Shown: positions 1 to 13,251 of the stretch, in pieces | How the letters are laid out: each line of letters begins with the position of its first letter | How positions within the stretch are numbered: position 1 is the stretch's first letter | NCBI GenBank assembly: GCA_012295275.1 | Contig: CM022670.1 | Location: 682,001-746,000, forward strand | Reading direction: 5' to 3' | Source: Chrysomallon squamiferum | Lineage: Eukaryota > Animalia > Mollusca | Length of the DNA stretch: 64,000 nt | Notes under the pieces: model-generated | What the model saw: only the letters and a program-made list of their open reading frames with translations | Databases searched by the model: none | What the model was told of the DNA's origin: nothing | Program-made: the position numbers and the translations under genes

Positions 1-877
1 TTAGCACACTGTTGAATGCTGACAAATCTTTAATCAGGTATAACAAGAATACATTCTTAAGAAAATACACAGACAAAGAAAAGGAGAAGAAATCAATTAT
101 TTTTTAGTTTTTCCTGATAATAAAAATCGTGAGGAACAAAAGCTAATTCCAAAGAAAAAAGAGAAAACGACAAGAAAAAATTAATCAGTAAATAAAACAA
201 AAAATAAAAAACCACAAAAACACTTATTTGAGGGTGAAAAAAATGGAATTGTTTTCTTTCTTTTTTTAAAAAAAAGCGATTTGTTTTCTGCACAAAGTAA
301 ACGCAACATTTGTTACAATTCCCAGGCGATCACAACAAAATATAGCTTTAATTTAATGGGCGCAAATAATCACTGGAAAAAATCTTTAATTTACAGTTGG
401 AATTGACTAGTGCGGTACGCACCGGTGTTCCTAACGCGACCGGGGCGCCTTGGGCCCAATAGAATACCATGAAGAACTCATAAAGCCGACGAGTGTCTGC
501 AAGTCCTGATTGAACCAGTGCAGTCTAATGCATCCAAATGCGACCAGCGGCAGTTAGTACAGTCTTCGACAATCACAAAATGTATCGGGTTTCTTCTTCT
601 TGTGAAACCAAATAATTTTCTATAGAGTTTACACCGAGTAGGTTCATAACCTTCGAGTTGTTTTACGACTCTGTCGGCGAAACGACCATCAACAACGACT
701 TCGACAACCGACTATTTAAGTACTTTAGCCTTCGTTTTATATACGCTGGCTTAATAAATTATTTACGTATTTGAATATTTTTACAATTTAAATTTGGTTG
801 CGGAATAGTCAATGAATTTATGTGTTACACAGACTGGATTATCTGTCTATAGAGTGAACTTTAAATAATATAAGGCC

Positions 878-878
<1 letters not shown>

Positions 879-927
<49 letters not shown>
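879..927. repeat. (TTA)n microsatellite
   Basis: Direct reading. Confidence 0.95.
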
Positions 928-928
<1 letters not shown>

Positions 929-1900
929 AAAACAACAACAACAAAACATAAACAAAAAACCCCCAAACAAACAAAAAAACCTGCGAAAATGTTCACTTTA
1001 TGTATTTAAATATTTCAAAGATTCAAAATTAACCTTTAGTAGTACAAACAAGTTGCTTAACTCAGTTTTGTTTGGTTAGTTCTACGTGGCAGTTTTACTT
1101 ACTACTACTACTAATACTACTACTACTACTATTGCTACTACTACTACTACTACTACTAATAATAATAATAATAATAACAATATTAATAATAATAAACTGA
1201 CAAAAATTGAAATGACGAATTTGAAAAATGATTTACTCAGTCTGTCAAGTTAATTTGCGCATACAAAGAGGCTGGGGATAAAATACGAATGTTTAAAAAC
1301 AATGGATTATCTGATGGAGTCACATATACGTGGGACCTTTAGCAATTACAGTAGAACAGTCAAAAACGCGTAACACAGAAGAAACTGGGTTAATAAAATC
1401 ATATTTTACAAGACGAATTTATGGGAGACTGCTGTAGTTACTAAAAACAAGGCAATATTCGCCGACCTTCGGACAGATCAGAGAGTTTCGCTAGATTAGA
1501 AGCCTCGTTTTGTTACCATTGAAGAAAGTAATGAAATAATATTGATTTCAGAGGAGATTCGTGCTCAGCATAGACATTGACATGGCTTCTGAACACTTGG
1601 GTAATATTTTCAAAACGACTAGGTGACGTTTGTTAGTGTATGTAGGTCTTGGCTCTGTCGGTTGTAAAACACGAATAAAAATATTGGTGGTAAATCCGAG
1701 GATAACGTTAATTGCGGTCTAGGTTTTGTCTGTGTCTTTGTGTTTGTTGTAGGAAATTGGACTGTTTGTTGTGTTTGCTCGGAGAATGAGATTTAAATTA
1801 AGAATGTATACGTGATATTCAACAAAGATAAGTGTGGAATTAAAAAGACAGAGATTAAGAGTCAAAGATTTAGAGAGAAATAGAGATTTAGAGAAATAGA

Positions 1901-1903
<3 letters not shown>

Positions 1904-1977
<74 letters not shown>
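1904..1977. repeat. (GA)n microsatellite
   Basis: Direct reading. Confidence 0.95.
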
Positions 1978-1981
<4 letters not shown>

Positions 1982-2294
1982 AAGTGAGACAGAGAGATAG
2001 ACAGAGAGAGGAGAGAGAGAAAATAGATGTATATAAAGAGGAGCAAAGACTAAAGTGGAAGATAACTCTCGGCTGTAGTAAACTGGTAAACAGTTAACGA
2101 GTAATTAAACAGTTAAGTGATGACTCAAGCATTCATCATTTACTCATTTCAAATAATTAGATCACAGTTGTCATAATTCTGAATTTTCTGCCTTCCACTA
2201 GAATATATATACGTTTTTAAATTAACGTGTTATTTTAAAGAGTTTGAAGTTTCTTGATAATGATAACTTTTCATTTTTTTCATTATTTTTTTTC

Positions 2295-2298
<4 letters not shown>

Positions 2299-2346
<48 letters not shown>
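2299..2346. repeat. (TG)n microsatellite
   Basis: Direct reading. Confidence 0.95.
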
Positions 2347-2349
<3 letters not shown>

Positions 2350-2580
2350 AATTATATTCTCGACTATTTCTTTTAACGATACCTTTCAAAAGGAAAAGGA
2401 AAAAGTAATAAATAAAAAAGTGAAAAATAAAAATTATTTAATTATATATACCATATTTTATAACGCAAGATATTTAACTTTTTTGTCGGAAAATACTTCT
2501 AAAAATTATTAAAGTTTTAACTGCAATCTGCTTTTTATTGTCCATCCTAATTCTGAACCGGTGTAGAAAATCTGTGTTGG

Positions 2581-2720
2581 TCGAAGTTTTAATCTGGTGT
2601 GTTTATATAAACGAATAAAAAAACAGATTTTTTAAGACTATTATTAAGCGTAGGGAATCGAAGATTTAATCTGGAATGTTATGTGTTTATATAAAGGAAT
2701 AAAAACTAAATATTTCTTCT
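2581..2720. repeat. Tandem duplication of about 77 bp
   Basis: TCGAAG.TTTAATCTGG..TGTGTTTATATAAA.GAATAAAAA occurs twice. Confidence 0.75.
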
Positions 2721-4166
2721 TTCTTTTTTTTTAACTTTTTAAAATTATTTTTTTTTTTATTATTATTATGCATAGCGAATCAAAGAGACGCCTCTCTTTT
2801 AGATCCCAGTTTTCTCATTTATTATAAAATCTGAAGCAATGTACAGTGCAGAACACACTGACCAGTTTATCAGATATTTATTTATGTTTATCACTGAGAT
2901 CGTAGCTACTACGTCAGTAAAAAGACCGCGGCTTCAACACCCTCCTATAAAAATAATAAACCTTGAGCCGCCATGTTTAAAACTGGATTTCTAGTGATAC
3001 TGTAGGGTCGGTGACAATATTAAATTAAAAACAAAAATAAAAATATTTGTTACATCATTAATGAGTAGTTAAGTCATCCATGTAATTATTGATTGGTTCA
3101 CAAATCTCCATTCACAAAAATCCATTACGCCATTTTAACTGCAATTCTCAGTCATAAAGTGAGAGAATAGGTTGGAGTTTGTATTTTATGTTTTTGTTTT
3201 TTCTTTCTTTAATTAATTCAAATAGCTTCATCAAAGCATCATTGGTTCATTCCTTCACTCCACTCTTTCAGTGTATTATCCTGAAAAACCAACAGCCTCG
3301 TTCATTTTACTTTTATAATAATAAAGCTAATTCGTACGAATCTTAAATTTGTTTCTTTCGTCGTCGTGTATTTATTTCACCGAAACCTCTTCTGAAATAA
3401 AAAATAAAAACTATTGACTCATCCGTTGTTCGTTCTTTATTCATTCACTCATTCTTTTATTCCATTTTGTAACATTTATAATCCAACCTTTAAATGAATT
3501 TATACGAATCTGATTTTTTAAACTTTTGTCACATAATTCATTCATTCATTCATCTATCATTCTTTCATTCATTCCTTTTCTTATTCATTCACTCCATTCC
3601 ATAAAACGTATTTCATGTATCGTTTTGATAGTAAAACGAAAACCGTACAAGTAGGCCTTTTGTTTCTTTCGTCGTAATCATCATTTTATTCAAAATCTTG
3701 CCATTTTATCTTTTTATTTCACACGGGTTTTCTTATTTTATGCGGTATTTATTTTATTTTTTTTCTCTTCTTCTTTTTAAAATATCTTCTCTTTATTTCA
3801 AACACTCTTCGACTCGAAGAGAACCATTAGCAAGCAACGCCTTTTTACGTACATTGTGAACATTCGTCATAACTTTCTTCAGAGCACAATAATTCTTATC
3901 GGCTTCTAAAGCAAGAAAACGAGTTTGCAAAATATTATTGATTCTTGTCCTACAGTTCGTGCCTGGTGCCATCTCTGTTCAATTGTTGCAATAAATGTGT
4001 TCTCGGTAAATGAGGGTAAGAAACTGCAATAGAATATACCGAGCGAAAAAACAAACCTACATGAACTAGGAATGGTAGCGGAACCAGGATATACTGAGCG
4101 AAAAATAAATATGTATGAGTAGACGATGAAAGAAATCACTGATAATGAGTTGAAGAAGTTGGACCG

Positions 4167-4249
<83 letters not shown>

Positions 4250-4260
4250 AATAATAATAA
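4167..4260. repeat. Compound (ATA)n(ATG)n microsatellite
   Basis: Direct reading. Confidence 0.9.
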
Positions 4261-4719
4261 TCATAAAAATGTTTAAAAAAAAGTTATTTAAATTATGCAA
4301 GTAAACATACACCCAATGTCATCAGCTAATAAGAAAATGACTTCTTTATCTTGCATATACAACTATACAAGCACACACGCACGCGTACACGCATATACAT
4401 ACATACACATTTTATTCATATTTTGGATTTTACTTTTAATTCCCTTGAATTCTGCACATTTTCAAATACTGAACGGCTTAGCTAACAGAAAACAGAACTG
4501 ATAGTCTTTGCACTAACAAATAAATAGTTACATAATAATAATACTTTTATTTTATTTATTTTTTCACATACTACTATAACAAAAGTATTTTAATATACAT
4601 GTATATATACATAATATAAACAAATAAAATAAAAATAATAATAATGTACTAAATAATACATGAATTTAAGAAAGCTGCTCCTTCACATTTAAAGTTATTT
4701 TAATAGAAGATCTATGTAA

Positions 4720-4780
<61 letters not shown>

Positions 4781-5186
4781 TACTGTAGAAATATAATAAT
4801 TATTTTACTGAATAAATTAAGATAATTACTGCAGTTATAAAATGTTAGCCTGATGATAAATAATAACACTGGTGTCACTCACATATATATTTATGTTAAT
4901 TATCTTGTTGTTGTTGTTTTTATTATTAATCATTTATTATTATTACTATTATTATTATTATTATTAAATTTTTTATTTCATTTTGTTCTTTCTTTAAACT
5001 TTATTAATGGTATTATTCTGATATTTATAAGCTGAACACATCTTACCCGTGAAAAAAGTTCAATAGTAATTTCATAATATACTGTACGAATTCATTTCAT
5101 TAGTTAATAAATAAAGATTTGGTTTACACTCATTAAATATTCTAGCATGAAAGTCGTCGGCCTGATTTGTCTGAACAAGATAACGT

Positions 5187-5375
5187 AAAACAACACGATA
5201 TGATGTATGTAAAACACCACGATGTGACGTTGACGTAACAGACTAGCATGTCACGATATGGCATTGTTTTACATATCACCACGTGACCTTTTCCTATAAA
5301 TGACGTAACGTGTAACACATTTTCCTATACACCACGTGACGTTGTCTTAAACAACACGATATGACGTTGTGTTGT
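5187..5375. repeat. Degenerate ~24-26 bp minisatellite (CACGAT/CACGTGACGTT)
   Basis: Recurrent AAACA.CACGAT.TGACGT and CACCACGTGAC units. Confidence 0.65.
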
Positions 5376-6503
5376 ACAAGACAAGTCAAATGTGGGTAGA
5401 AGCGATCTTGAAATCTAGAGACAAATGACTTAGTCACAGTGGCTTTGAGGGTTGCATTTATTTTATATTCAAGAAAAGAAGAAAAAAGAATTTAAAAAAG
5501 TAATTCTTATATATATATTTATATTACATTTTTTTAAATAAACACTGTTTAAAACTTCTTACCCATTAAATTATCCTAGCTGTTTTGAAAGCAAACATAT
5601 ATATTTTTTTTTAATTATAATTATAAAAGAAGAAGAAAAGAAATGAAACTCTGAAGACGACAGTGGTTCCCTGGATGTTGTGAAATTAAGAAAAACACAG
5701 TTGTTGCCCTTGTATATTACTTTTTTGCGATCTACATGGGGGGGGGAATGAAAATGTCAATTGTTAATGAGTACATGTATGGAAAATGTAGGCCTAATTT
5801 AGAAAAAGAAAATATTTTAAAGAAAACAGTTGCAATAGCGAAACTATTACAGAAAGGGAACTATCGTCATGGTACATATGTTTGATATTCAACAATTATC
5901 GAGTTGTTTAATAAATAATTAAAATAAAAAAATCAAGATAAATCGACACGAAAAAAACAAGGCAACCTTTCTTAGATATTATTACTAAATATTATTTTTA
6001 CAATTAATTTTAAGATAATAATAATAATAATTATTATTATTTTTATTAAATTAGTTAATTATTTATTTATTTCTAAATGTGAATTACAGTGAAAAAATAA
6101 ATGAAAACAAATATCAACATAATAATAACAACAAACCGATAATAATGACTTTGACGACGAATGTAACAATAATAAAGAAAATACTGAAAAAGAAAAACAT
6201 AAACTACGTTTCGTGTCGTTAACACAGTCAAAATACATGTCAAAACTCATGCAATTAATGCTAGATTAATTCTTTACGTTCATAAATAAAAACATGGTCA
6301 GTATAACAATACACGATACTAATACATATAACATCGTTTTCTAACAAGTCCCGAGATCAAACGATGTTGCCGACAGTACTTATACGTATGTGACGTCATT
6401 TCCTTAAGTACCGTCATGTTAGCAACTCGCCATTTTCTTTATCCACTATTCTAATGAGGTAACTTTTCTCCCAAAGGTAGATTTTGATTGGCTCCGGTAT
6501 CGG

Positions 6504-6581
6504 TCACGTGCGTTCTTCTGCGTGAAGCCAGACTCCCTTTTCTGGCCGCAGCAATCCAGCGAAAGCAAATTTTAGTGGTAT
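6504..6581 (-). CDS. CYP exon 14, terminal ([25 protein letters not shown])
   Basis: Resembles the CYP3A4 C-terminus IPLKLSLGGLLQPEKP; TGA at 6504-6506. Confidence 0.93.
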   Translation of the reverse strand: MPLKFAFAGLLRPEKGVWLHAEERT

Positions 6582-9500
6582 CTGAATGTAATGAAATAAT
6601 AACAACAATAATACTAACTGTCAAAATGTTTAATATTCTGTGTATTGTTTTTTAATAAAACATCATTGTCATCTTTAAATAGCTTAAACTGTTTTGTTTA
6701 TTTAAGTATGAAACATGAGAGAAATCTTATTTAATCTTTTTTTACCTGCGTATTCGGCGATACACTGAATCTGTACTTCTGGAAGATTCGAACCAGAGTC
6801 ACTTTTATTGCTAATAACGCCAGCCTCATTCCAATGCAAGATCGTGGACCGTTGCCAAAAGGGAGGTAATCGAAAGGACCGTGTTTGCTCTTGTTCTCGG
6901 CGTTGAATCTTTAGTAGAAAGAAAGAAAAAAATATTAATAATAATAAAACAATTACTATATTATAATCGTCATCACCATCATAAATGAAATGTTAGAACA
7001 AAGGCTGTTATTTTACAATATAGAAGTCATTCTTTACTTATCAAATCAACAAAATCTTTCTTTATTATAATCATCATAATGCCAAGCTTTTTTCTTTCAT
7101 TTTTTTTTTTTTTTTCTGAAGGGAAGTAACTAGCAAGAAAAGTTGCTAGAAATTATAGCTGCATCTGGCTACGAAAATATTTCATGCCTGAAAAGGAAAT
7201 CTTGGTTGATTTGACTTGTAGATAGTAACCCATAGTAATAGTATTATTGTCATCATCATCAAAATAACCAGCACCATCGTAATTATTATTATTCTAATAT
7301 TAATAACACAAACAAGTGTAGCGTAACTATAACGACAAAAATATTTTTCTGAGCTGAAGTGGAGTTACCTTTCCGGATCGAACTCTTCTGGGTTCTCCCA
7401 GCGGTCGGGATCGTGGTGTATGGCGTAGATGGGAATCGCCACGGTGAGGCCCTGTGGTATTTTAACTCCATTGATTTCTGTGTCGCGCAACGCCGTCCTG
7501 TCCCCTCTGAAAGTAACAACAAAACTGAGTTAGATGAAGCGTCATATAATGTGGTACGATATACAACGTTTTATACATTAGAGGATTTAAAGATATATTT
7601 GTTCTTTTTACCTTATACCTGGAGGATATATTCTGAGTGTTTCACAAACACACATATCAAGATATTCCAGTTTGTTAATGTTGTCGTAGTTGGGTTGTTC
7701 CTACAATAGCAAAATATTGTAAGTAATATATTTAATATTTCGAATATAAATTATTTTATCACTTCCCGGATTTACATACTTACATTACATACAGAGGCGT
7801 ATCAACGGAAAATAGTGGGTGTGGCAAGAACTGAAACTGCGCCCCTATCAAAGCATCTGATACCCATCTTTTGGATAAATTTACCATTAAATGTTTGAAG
7901 ATCATACATTTTTACTTAAATGTTAAAATACCGATAAAGAAAGCCGAAAATTATTTTAATGGTAAAACCTTTACAAATTCAAACAAATGATAACCGATTT
8001 TTTCAAGAACTATAATAATAAAAACAAATTATTATAATAATTTAAGAAATGACTGAAACATTAGCGAAATGTCCATTGAAAAACATCTTGTCACTTACTT
8101 CCGGGAGAAGTTCGACAATTTCCGCCAGGAGCTTGTCCTGATACTCGGGATGGGTGGCGAGATTGTAAACGACCAATGAGAGCGTCGTGGCGCTCGTGTC
8201 GTAACCCGCCAAGAAAAACAGAAGCGCCTGCGCGTTTATTTCGTCGTCTGTCAGGCCTGATTAGAGAGAAAGAAAGAAACAATGAAACATCTGCTGTAAG
8301 TACGAAATTATAAATGACCGAATTTAATCGTTGTTTCTAGATACTAGATAAACATTATTAAGTATAAAAACATTATGCTGTAGCGAGTAAAGATATAACT
8401 GGAAGTTCAGTTTTGCGATTTTGAAAAAATTAGTAACTCAAGATATTTTTGTATGAATCGTTTGTACATACTAAATATATAACGATACATCTGATAGTTA
8501 AACCCGATACCATGATTCAATAGATGTTAACTATCGACAATAAGGAATCGTGCAATATTTTGATAATCATATAGAGTACGTTTTAATAACATTTTAAAAG
8601 ATGTAAAATTGTATGATTAGTTATCTAGAATTAAAACATTAGTATCTATTGTGCCTGCTACGTGACTATGATTATGTATTATAATTAAGCTTTGCTACCT
8701 TAAAGGAGAGTGTTAACGTGTTAGTGTATTCATAAGGAGAAAGAGAGGTCACAAATCAAATATTGTTGAATATTTCTACCTTATATGAAATCAAATGTTT
8801 TTATTACCTATTACCATTGGCACCGAACATTTTTGCAGAACTAAACTTCCAATAGTACCGTATTACTTACTACACTGGTAGTCTGTGTTATTCAAATATC
8901 TAAGATACTTTAGACGATTTCACTCTTCTAAAATTTCAGTGTTATTTATTATTTAGTTTATCACTTTGCGAGTCTGTAATTAAGAAATGTAATTCTTATA
9001 ATTTCCTTTCGCAGATCTTAAATTCAAATACGTATTTTTGCAATTTTAATACACGTTGCTACTTTCCAGATATGTAATATGTATTGCAACAATGTCCAGT
9101 TTATAATTAACATGCTATTTAATACGCTATTCAAACTTGCGCGCACACGGTATTTTTATTATTAAAACGCATGCTAACCATTTATACAGTTTAATAATTT
9201 AGCTATCACTGACAGGCTAAAACTCAAAGATTATTCAATAGAATGTGTGGCATTTGCGGGTCTAAAAGTTAAATATTACTTATTACGTATCGCTGATTCA
9301 TACATCATTCAAATGTTCGTTTTTTGTAAATCTAGAAGATTACCATTTAATTTGGAATGCGACCTCTCCAAGGGTCTACAGTTCTAATCTTAATTAATAC
9401 ACTTCGCTACCTTTCGCAGTTCCGTTTTTGTGTTTCCCATCACCATCATTAATTTTATACTTGCCCCTGCCGAAGGAGATGCCGTTCCGTTGGTTACGAT

Positions 9501-9851
9501 GTTCTTCCTCGGCATTGATTGCTACTTGAATGAAGTCGGTGCGGTCTCGTGCCTGAAAGTGTAGTGAACATGTTGTTATCTACACAAACAAGATAAAACG
9601 AAAAACGGTGTCTGCGGCAAGCTGGTCTAAGCTTCAGGATGAAAGATAAGGCGAGTTGCTCAGCTGTGTATATTTGTGTTGGTACGTATGAACATCTTTG
9701 ATTATGATTATGTTGAACTAGTACAAGCGTGTCTTAAGTAATAATTCAACGTTTGCACTAGGTGAACATGATTTGTAGATATGCACAAATGTATTTACAC
9801 CTACATTTTCTAGTAAAGAGAATATATTTGTCCAAATCTGAAATTAACAGA

Positions 9852-9947
<96 letters not shown>

Positions 9948-10968
9948 ATAGCCACAGTGAAGATGGATATGATGACAGAGTTCACTCATTAAGCTGTATT
10001 CACTGTAACACACGCTGCAATCTGAACGAAAGGCTTAGTCACAGGTAATGTATATTTAACTTACGTTTTCTTCATTCTTCCGGTCAGCAATTATTTCCCT
10101 GGTGACGTCAACAAAAAATTTTGTTTTCTTTTTGGCGAAGAGATGAAATCCAAGTCGAGACATTAGCGGAACCAGAAAAGGAAAAAATGCTAAAAAATAA
10201 ATAAATAAATAAATAAATAAAATAAAATAAAATAAAAAATAAAATAAAATAAAATAAAAAATTCAACACGATACGTCCTTTTTGTTTCCCTAACCCACAG
10301 AGGTTAATACGGCAAACGACGTAGAAACCTATTGCAAGTCATAAACTTCTTTTTCCCAAAATATATACACATTAATACCTAGCCAGATAATAAAACTTCG
10401 TATTTAACAAAATTTATTGTCTTCGGTTAAATACAAAACGGTGATTCTACTTGACATATTATATCTTTCATTTGTGACTGTTTATGGAAGCTAATTGGCA
10501 GGTTTGTACTGGGTGTACAGGTAAAACAAAAGCACTGGCGTTAACGTGAAAACAAACAATTTAAATAAAACATTTAGAATTCTGTGGAGTCATGTAAGTA
10601 AGATGTACTTAAAATACACCTGACCGAGGTTCTCAGTCTGTACATCTGTAAGCGAGAATCTATAACACGAGAACAAAAAAAATAAATAAATAAATAAATA
10701 AAAAAAATACGTATTCAGTTCGTGAGAAATTACAATATGAAATATTTACATCTATTAATGAAAGTAAAATTTAAAAAATAAAAAATAAAAATGCACTCAC
10801 TAGCAGTAATGATAAATGGCGAACCCAGTGTCATGCAGTTCAGGACTTGTCGCGCATGCTCAGCAAAAGGGTCATTAGGTACAAGCTGAGAATGAGTCTC
10901 CATGCCAAAAGCTGCCTGTGATATGAAGTCCATTATGAAGTGTTCAAAGTACCTTTTAAAAAATAATA

Positions 10969-11012
<44 letters not shown>

Positions 11013-13220
11013 TAAAATAATAAATAAATAAACAACAACAGCAACAACAATAATAATAATAAAATATTAATTTATTAATGAAGAAAAATTAAATAGCATA
11101 TGTATACAAATAAAATCAAAATAAATCAGTAGATAATATAAAAGATTGTTAAATATGGTCGATAAATTTAAAATCAATAAAGTTTCGTCATTGTTGGTTT
11201 AAATGTTTTCAAAACGTTTAGAAAAGTTTCGAAAAGCGCACTAAATAAATTTCACTCACAGGTACGAAATATTGTCTGTTCCCCAAAATCGCGACAGAAT
11301 AGTTCTGATTCTATTGTAATTCTCCTTACCGTATAAATGTAAATAAATATAAATTTAGATCCAGCCGAAACAATAAATAAATAAATAAATAATAATAAAA
11401 ATGTAAGTGCGTACGACTAAACGGCTGCTCATTACAACTTACTTCTTGATGTCAATCTCTCGACTTTCTTTCGTTTTGGCCGCCAGCACCTCGAGCAATA
11501 CGTCATTGGTTTTATTTAAAACACTCACCATCTGAAAAACACAACTACGTAGACATCACACACGTCTTTCTTTTAAGTTATCAGCTTTCTGTCAGAATGT
11601 GATGCAGTTTTAATATATTTTTAGACAGTTATTTAGATATTAGATATTTTTAAAGTATAACAAAAACATTAATAAAACTGCCAGTACAATGATATCGTTA
11701 TATACACACGTATGTTGTTAAACAAAAAAAGCTTTTCATATATCTGTCATGTACTACTAGAATATATTTATATATTATGTACACTTAGTTGTTTATTTCA
11801 TAGACAAGCTAATATAGATTTGATTTGATTAAAACTTAAAGCTTTTAATAAAACTGTCTGATATAGGACTACATGTTTTGTTTCGTTTATATTAATAATC
11901 ACGTAATGTAATGTGTTTTTAAAACACACATACACCACTGTAGTATGTAGTTGTATATTGCTATAAGATAATGGCCGTTGTGTCCTTTGTGTGTGTATGG
12001 ATGTAAGTATTTTGGTACATATATATATATATATATAATCCCATCATCATTATCATTACTTTCACCTCCATCATAACCGTTAGTGTTACTGCAGTTATAT
12101 TGTATCATTATCGTTATGAACATCGTTATTAGCAGTATTCGTATTTTTGTTGTTGTACTAACTCGTTTCAGTTTGGCTCCGCTGAAAGCTGGTGTGATGA
12201 AGTTACGAATGAATCGCCAGTGGTTGTCTTTCGTGAAAATCAGAGACTTGCTGATCGGAAAGCCAACCAGATCTTCAGCCATATCCTGTATTTAATAAAA
12301 ATAATAATAAAATTATATTCAATGTGTGTGTGTATGTGTGTCTATATTTGAGAGAGAGAGAGAATATCTACTTTGTGGTATAAATATATCTTGCTCAGTA
12401 TATAATTACATTTAAATGTTGTACAAATAAAAAGTTTACGACAGCCTGTTACTCTGTCGAGCAGCTGTTTAAAAAGTGCTAACATCTACTGTAAATTCAA
12501 ACACGCCTCTAGAGTAACATCCATCATTATGGGTTGTTACTCATTTCAGTTTTAACTTCTGTGCTAAATGCTAATACCATGGTACGTACTACTCGCCCTG
12601 TGGAAAAGTGATGGCGCTGTGTGTGATACTACTGATCAGTTGGACTGTTACATGAAGAGACAGAAGAAAGACTCACCCGTCTGTTTGGAAAGTTGTTGAA
12701 ATCTTTCACCATTATGTGTTTGAGAATCTCAGCGTCAGACACAATGAGAACGGGAAAACGTGTCTCAAACGATCTGAAAAATAAATAAATAGATAGATAG
12801 GTAGTTAGATAGATACCAAAAAGACAGATGAATATATAGATACGGACAGAGAGAGACAGTCACAAAGATAAACAGCTAAAAAGATTAGAGAGGAACAGAA
12901 AGGCAGAGAAACAGACAGAATACAGAGACATAAACACAGATGTAGTCAGATAGAAAGAATAGGATAGAATAGAAAAGACAGATAAAATAAATGTATGTAA
13001 ATAAATCGGTAAGAATACATACACACAAATTATTACATACATGAACAAATTAAAGAGAAATAATAATATACAAACTTACCCATAAACGTGACCATATTTC
13101 TTCATGTGGTACACATCAGCCCCGTGAATTCCCTGCATAAAACAAAATACATGAAACAGTTTTAATAATGTCAAAACTACTATTCAAAATACTGTCATTA
13201 ACGATAATTTCAATGCAGTA

Positions 13221-13251
<31 letters not shown>

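Noticed and set aside
7792-7845. AGAGGCG..CGCCCCT mini-MITE in a CYP intron
   Set aside because: The terminal repeats are very short and imperfect, and no target-site duplication was identified.
7289-8282. ORFs 7289-7522, 7359-7709 and 8091-8282
   Set aside because: They are wrong-frame or antisense shadows of CYP exons 10-12.
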